From Planctomycetota bacterium (GTDB lineage: Bacteria > Planctomycetota > UBA8108 > UBA1146 > JAJFFE01): a stretch of DNA of 64,000 bases. The notes under the pieces are model-generated. The model was not told the DNA's origin, ran no database searches, and saw only the letters and a list, made by a program, of their open reading frames with translations. Of this stretch, positions 61,707 through 64,000 are shown in pieces; position 1 is the stretch's first letter; every line of letters starts with the position of its first letter. The stretch spans positions 35,844 to 99,843 of the forward strand of contig JAJFFE010000231.1 in the NCBI GenBank assembly GCA_021776775.1, in the 5' to 3' direction. The translations under genes and the position numbers were made by a program.

Positions 61707-61970
61707 CCGTCACCGGTGGATTCGTCGAATTTGGCCCGCGGTCTCAAGGAGGGGATCGAACGAGAGAACGAGGGCTCGGCAATTCGTAACTAGCGGTCGG
61801 GTCGAACCGATCGGGCTCACTCACGACATTCGAAGCCCGCTGGGGCATGTACGAACGAAAGGATTGGTCTTACATAGCTCGCGTGCCAGCCGAAGTCCCG
61901 AACGCCGATGATCCACGGCGCCCGAGAGATCGACGACACACGAATTCAACGAACGAACGGACGAAAACCA

Positions 61971-64000
61971 ATGAAAGGCAACGCAATGATGCGAGCCAAC
62001 TCAGGCACCTATCGAGCCGCCTTCGGTGTGCTCATCGCACTACTACTCACGGCACTTCCTAGCGCCGTACGACTCGACGGCCAAACGGTCAATACCAAGC
62101 TACTATCGGAGAACGGCTGGTACTCCGACGACACCCGCGCCGACGGCAGCGGAAGCTTGCCCGCGGGCACGAACCTTGTCAGCCCGACCTTGACCGACGA
62201 CCCCGAGGCGACCGCCACCGGGGACCCGACCCACAACTCGGACATCAACGGTCAGATTTCGTTCGGCCCCGCTCCGGGAGCCGTACCCGCCTCCACCCAC
62301 GATGGAGCGGTGCGGCTTTTCATCGACACCAGCGGATCGGGAAAGAGTCAGATCTCCCATCGCAAGGACGACGCGACCGGACACGGACCGGGCAGCGGCT
62401 TCGGTCCTGGCTTCACCGCCGAGTACTCCTGGATGGGCGACGGCACCGCGTCGGTCACCGCTTCGCTCAAGTTCGGGATCAAGACCGCCGATTTCGGTTC
62501 GACTGGAGTTTCGCCTCGAACCGGCGAGAACGTCTGGGACAAAGTTCTCATCTACGAGCCCGGCAACCTCAACGGTGGCGTTTCCGATAGCACCTGGCAA
62601 ACCGAAACGGTCGATTACACCACCGGCAAGTGGTGGTTCTTCGACCGCACCGCCGGCGCTGGCATCATCGGCACCCCGATGACCCTCAGCGACATGTCGA
62701 CCTCTGCCGTAGTCGTCGGAGGCGGTCCCAAGACTGTGGCCGATGTTTACGCGTTGATCACCGCGCCGGGCGCCCTCATCACGAGCGTTCAGTTCGGCAT
62801 CGGATCGGGCAACGCCGACGGCAACGTCTACGTCAATCAGATGGAAACCAGCGTTTATCGCGCCGGCATGACGACGACCTTCGGCTGCACGGATACGCAA
62901 TACTTCAACGGTTTCGAAACCGACACGTTCGGTTGGAATGTCTTCACCTCGCCGACGTTCGACGCCACCCGCGTGGCCTCCGGAACCAACGGCGTCACCT
63001 CCGCGTCCGGCAGCTTCCACGCCGAGGCCGGGGTTTCGGCCGGTAACTGGGGTGGCTACAGCGGTGTTTGCGGCTGCGCCTCAACGACCTGCTCGGGGCC
63101 GGTCAGCACCTTCCCCACCGGCGGCTACGTGACCTCGATCGATATCTATCTCGACGTCTCCGGCGGCTACTTAAACGATACCAACTTCGACTTCAGCTCC
63201 GCGATCAACGGTATCACTGGCGCGCACCATCGCGACTTCATCTTCAACGGAGTCTTCTTGGACTCCGGCGATTTCACCGGCCCGGGCGGCGGCGGCGTCG
63301 ACCGCTTCGTCATAGCCGCGAGTAACAACTCCCCCGGCTTCCCGCAAGGTGGAGTCGACCCGGTAGCGATCACGTCCACCGGTTGGTACACGTTCGAGCA
63401 CCACTTCTACGACTCCGGCTCGGGAGTGCTCGCCTGCGAGTTCATCATTCTCGATTCCAGTGGATCGCAAGTAGCTTCGTGGATTCGAAGCACCGCCACA
63501 GACGTGATCGGAACCAACGTCGGTGGCAACCGCTACGGTTGGTTCTCCAACAACGAGTTCCCGTTCTTGGCGTTCGACAACACGTCGCTCGTCCCGGGAC
63601 CGTTCGATCAGAACGCCACGCCGGATGTCATCTTCGGCAGCGGCAACGCCAATGGTTCGTTCACCGTTGACCGAACCGACGGCATCGAGCTGGCACTTCG
63701 CGCCAAGCTTCGTTTCCCCGCGTCGAACATCTTCAAGTCCAATGGCGACGGGACGTACACGTACAACACCGGATCGGGCACCAGCGTCGCGCCTAACCCG
63801 GAGTGGGCGTTCGAGTGGAGCGTCAACACAGACTTCGATGATAGTACCGGACGTAACATCGAAGACTTGACCTACGAACTCGGCATCGACTTCGACGCCG
63901 ACGCGACCACCAACTACTTGATCTTCGATCCTATTACCCCCGGCGCATTCCTGCCTTACACGGTGCCGGCCGGACCGACGGTCTTCTGGGACCACGCCAT
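61971..64000 (+). CDS. large secreted multidomain protein (partial; runs off the right edge)
   Basis: Not in the ORF track. Open from ATG 61971 (MKGNAMMRANSGTYRAAFGVLIALLLTALPSA...) to the window end. Gly/Thr/Ser/Asp-rich beta domains, e.g. TPDVIFGSGNANGSFTVDRTDGIELALRAKLRF. Confidence 0.85.
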   Translation, partial: MKGNAMMRANSGTYRAAFGVLIALLLTALPSAVRLDGQTVNTKLLSENGWYSDDTRADGSGSLPAGTNLVSPTLTDDPEATATGDPTHNSDINGQISFGPAPGAVPASTHDGAVRLFIDTSGSGKSQISHRKDDATGHGPGSGFGPGFTAEYSWMGDGTASVTASLKFGIKTADFGSTGVSPRTGENVWDKVLIYEPGNLNGGVSDSTWQTETVDYTTGKWWFFDRTAGAGIIGTPMTLSDMSTSAVVVGGGPKTVADVYALITAPGALITSVQFGIGSGNADGNVYVNQMETSVYRAGMTTTFGCTDTQYFNGFETDTFGWNVFTSPTFDATRVASGTNGVTSASGSFHAEAGVSAGNWGGYSGVCGCASTTCSGPVSTFPTGGYVTSIDIYLDVSGGYLNDTNFDFSSAINGITGAHHRDFIFNGVFLDSGDFTGPGGGGVDRFVIAASNNSPGFPQGGVDPVAITSTGWYTFEHHFYDSGSGVLACEFIILDSSGSQVASWIRSTATDVIGTNVGGNRYGWFSNNEFPFLAFDNTSLVPGPFDQNATPDVIFGSGNANGSFTVDRTDGIELALRAKLRFPASNIFKSNGDGTYTYNTGSGTSVAPNPEWAFEWSVNTDFDDSTGRNIEDLTYELGIDFDADATTNYLIFDPITPGAFLPYTVPAGPTVFWDHA

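Overview
GC-rich bacterial chromosome segment, most likely from an uncultured Planctomycetota (inferred from repeated secreted proteins with an FxRGDxNxDG...CxDAxDxNDDG...PPxPFPxCG dockerin-like module and two DUF2330-like proteins). No rRNA, tRNA, CRISPR array, transposase or integrase was seen. From left to right: a minus-strand histidine kinase cut by the left edge and absent from the ORF track, whose PAS domain carries the photoactive-yellow-protein (PYP) chromophore residues; katG with a structured leader; a tandem cyanophycinase-like peptidase; an APH-family kinase; a persulfide dioxygenase/rhodanese-TauE-pentaheme cytochrome c cluster; a class III nucleotide cyclase; an MscK-like channel; two receiver proteins and a PAS kinase ahead of a SecA_DEAD/M50/membrane-fusion-protein secretion locus carrying one nonsense and one frameshift lesion; a convergent beta-barrel; DUF2330, S41 and hybrid-kinase genes; a tandemly duplicated two-gene cassette of unknown function (exported ~220-aa protein ending GFGPL[T/S]I[E/D] plus a ~460-aa TPR-like protein, each copy with its own upstream palindrome); a GAF kinase and a receiver-pseudokinase; a WYL regulator followed by an AddAB-like nuclease/helicase pair; and large secreted cohesin/dockerin-type proteins. 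The best candidates for new biology are the duplicated cassette, the PYP-kinase, the WYL-AddAB-like locus and the sulfur/multiheme cluster. All family calls come from motif recognition by eye, not from database searches.
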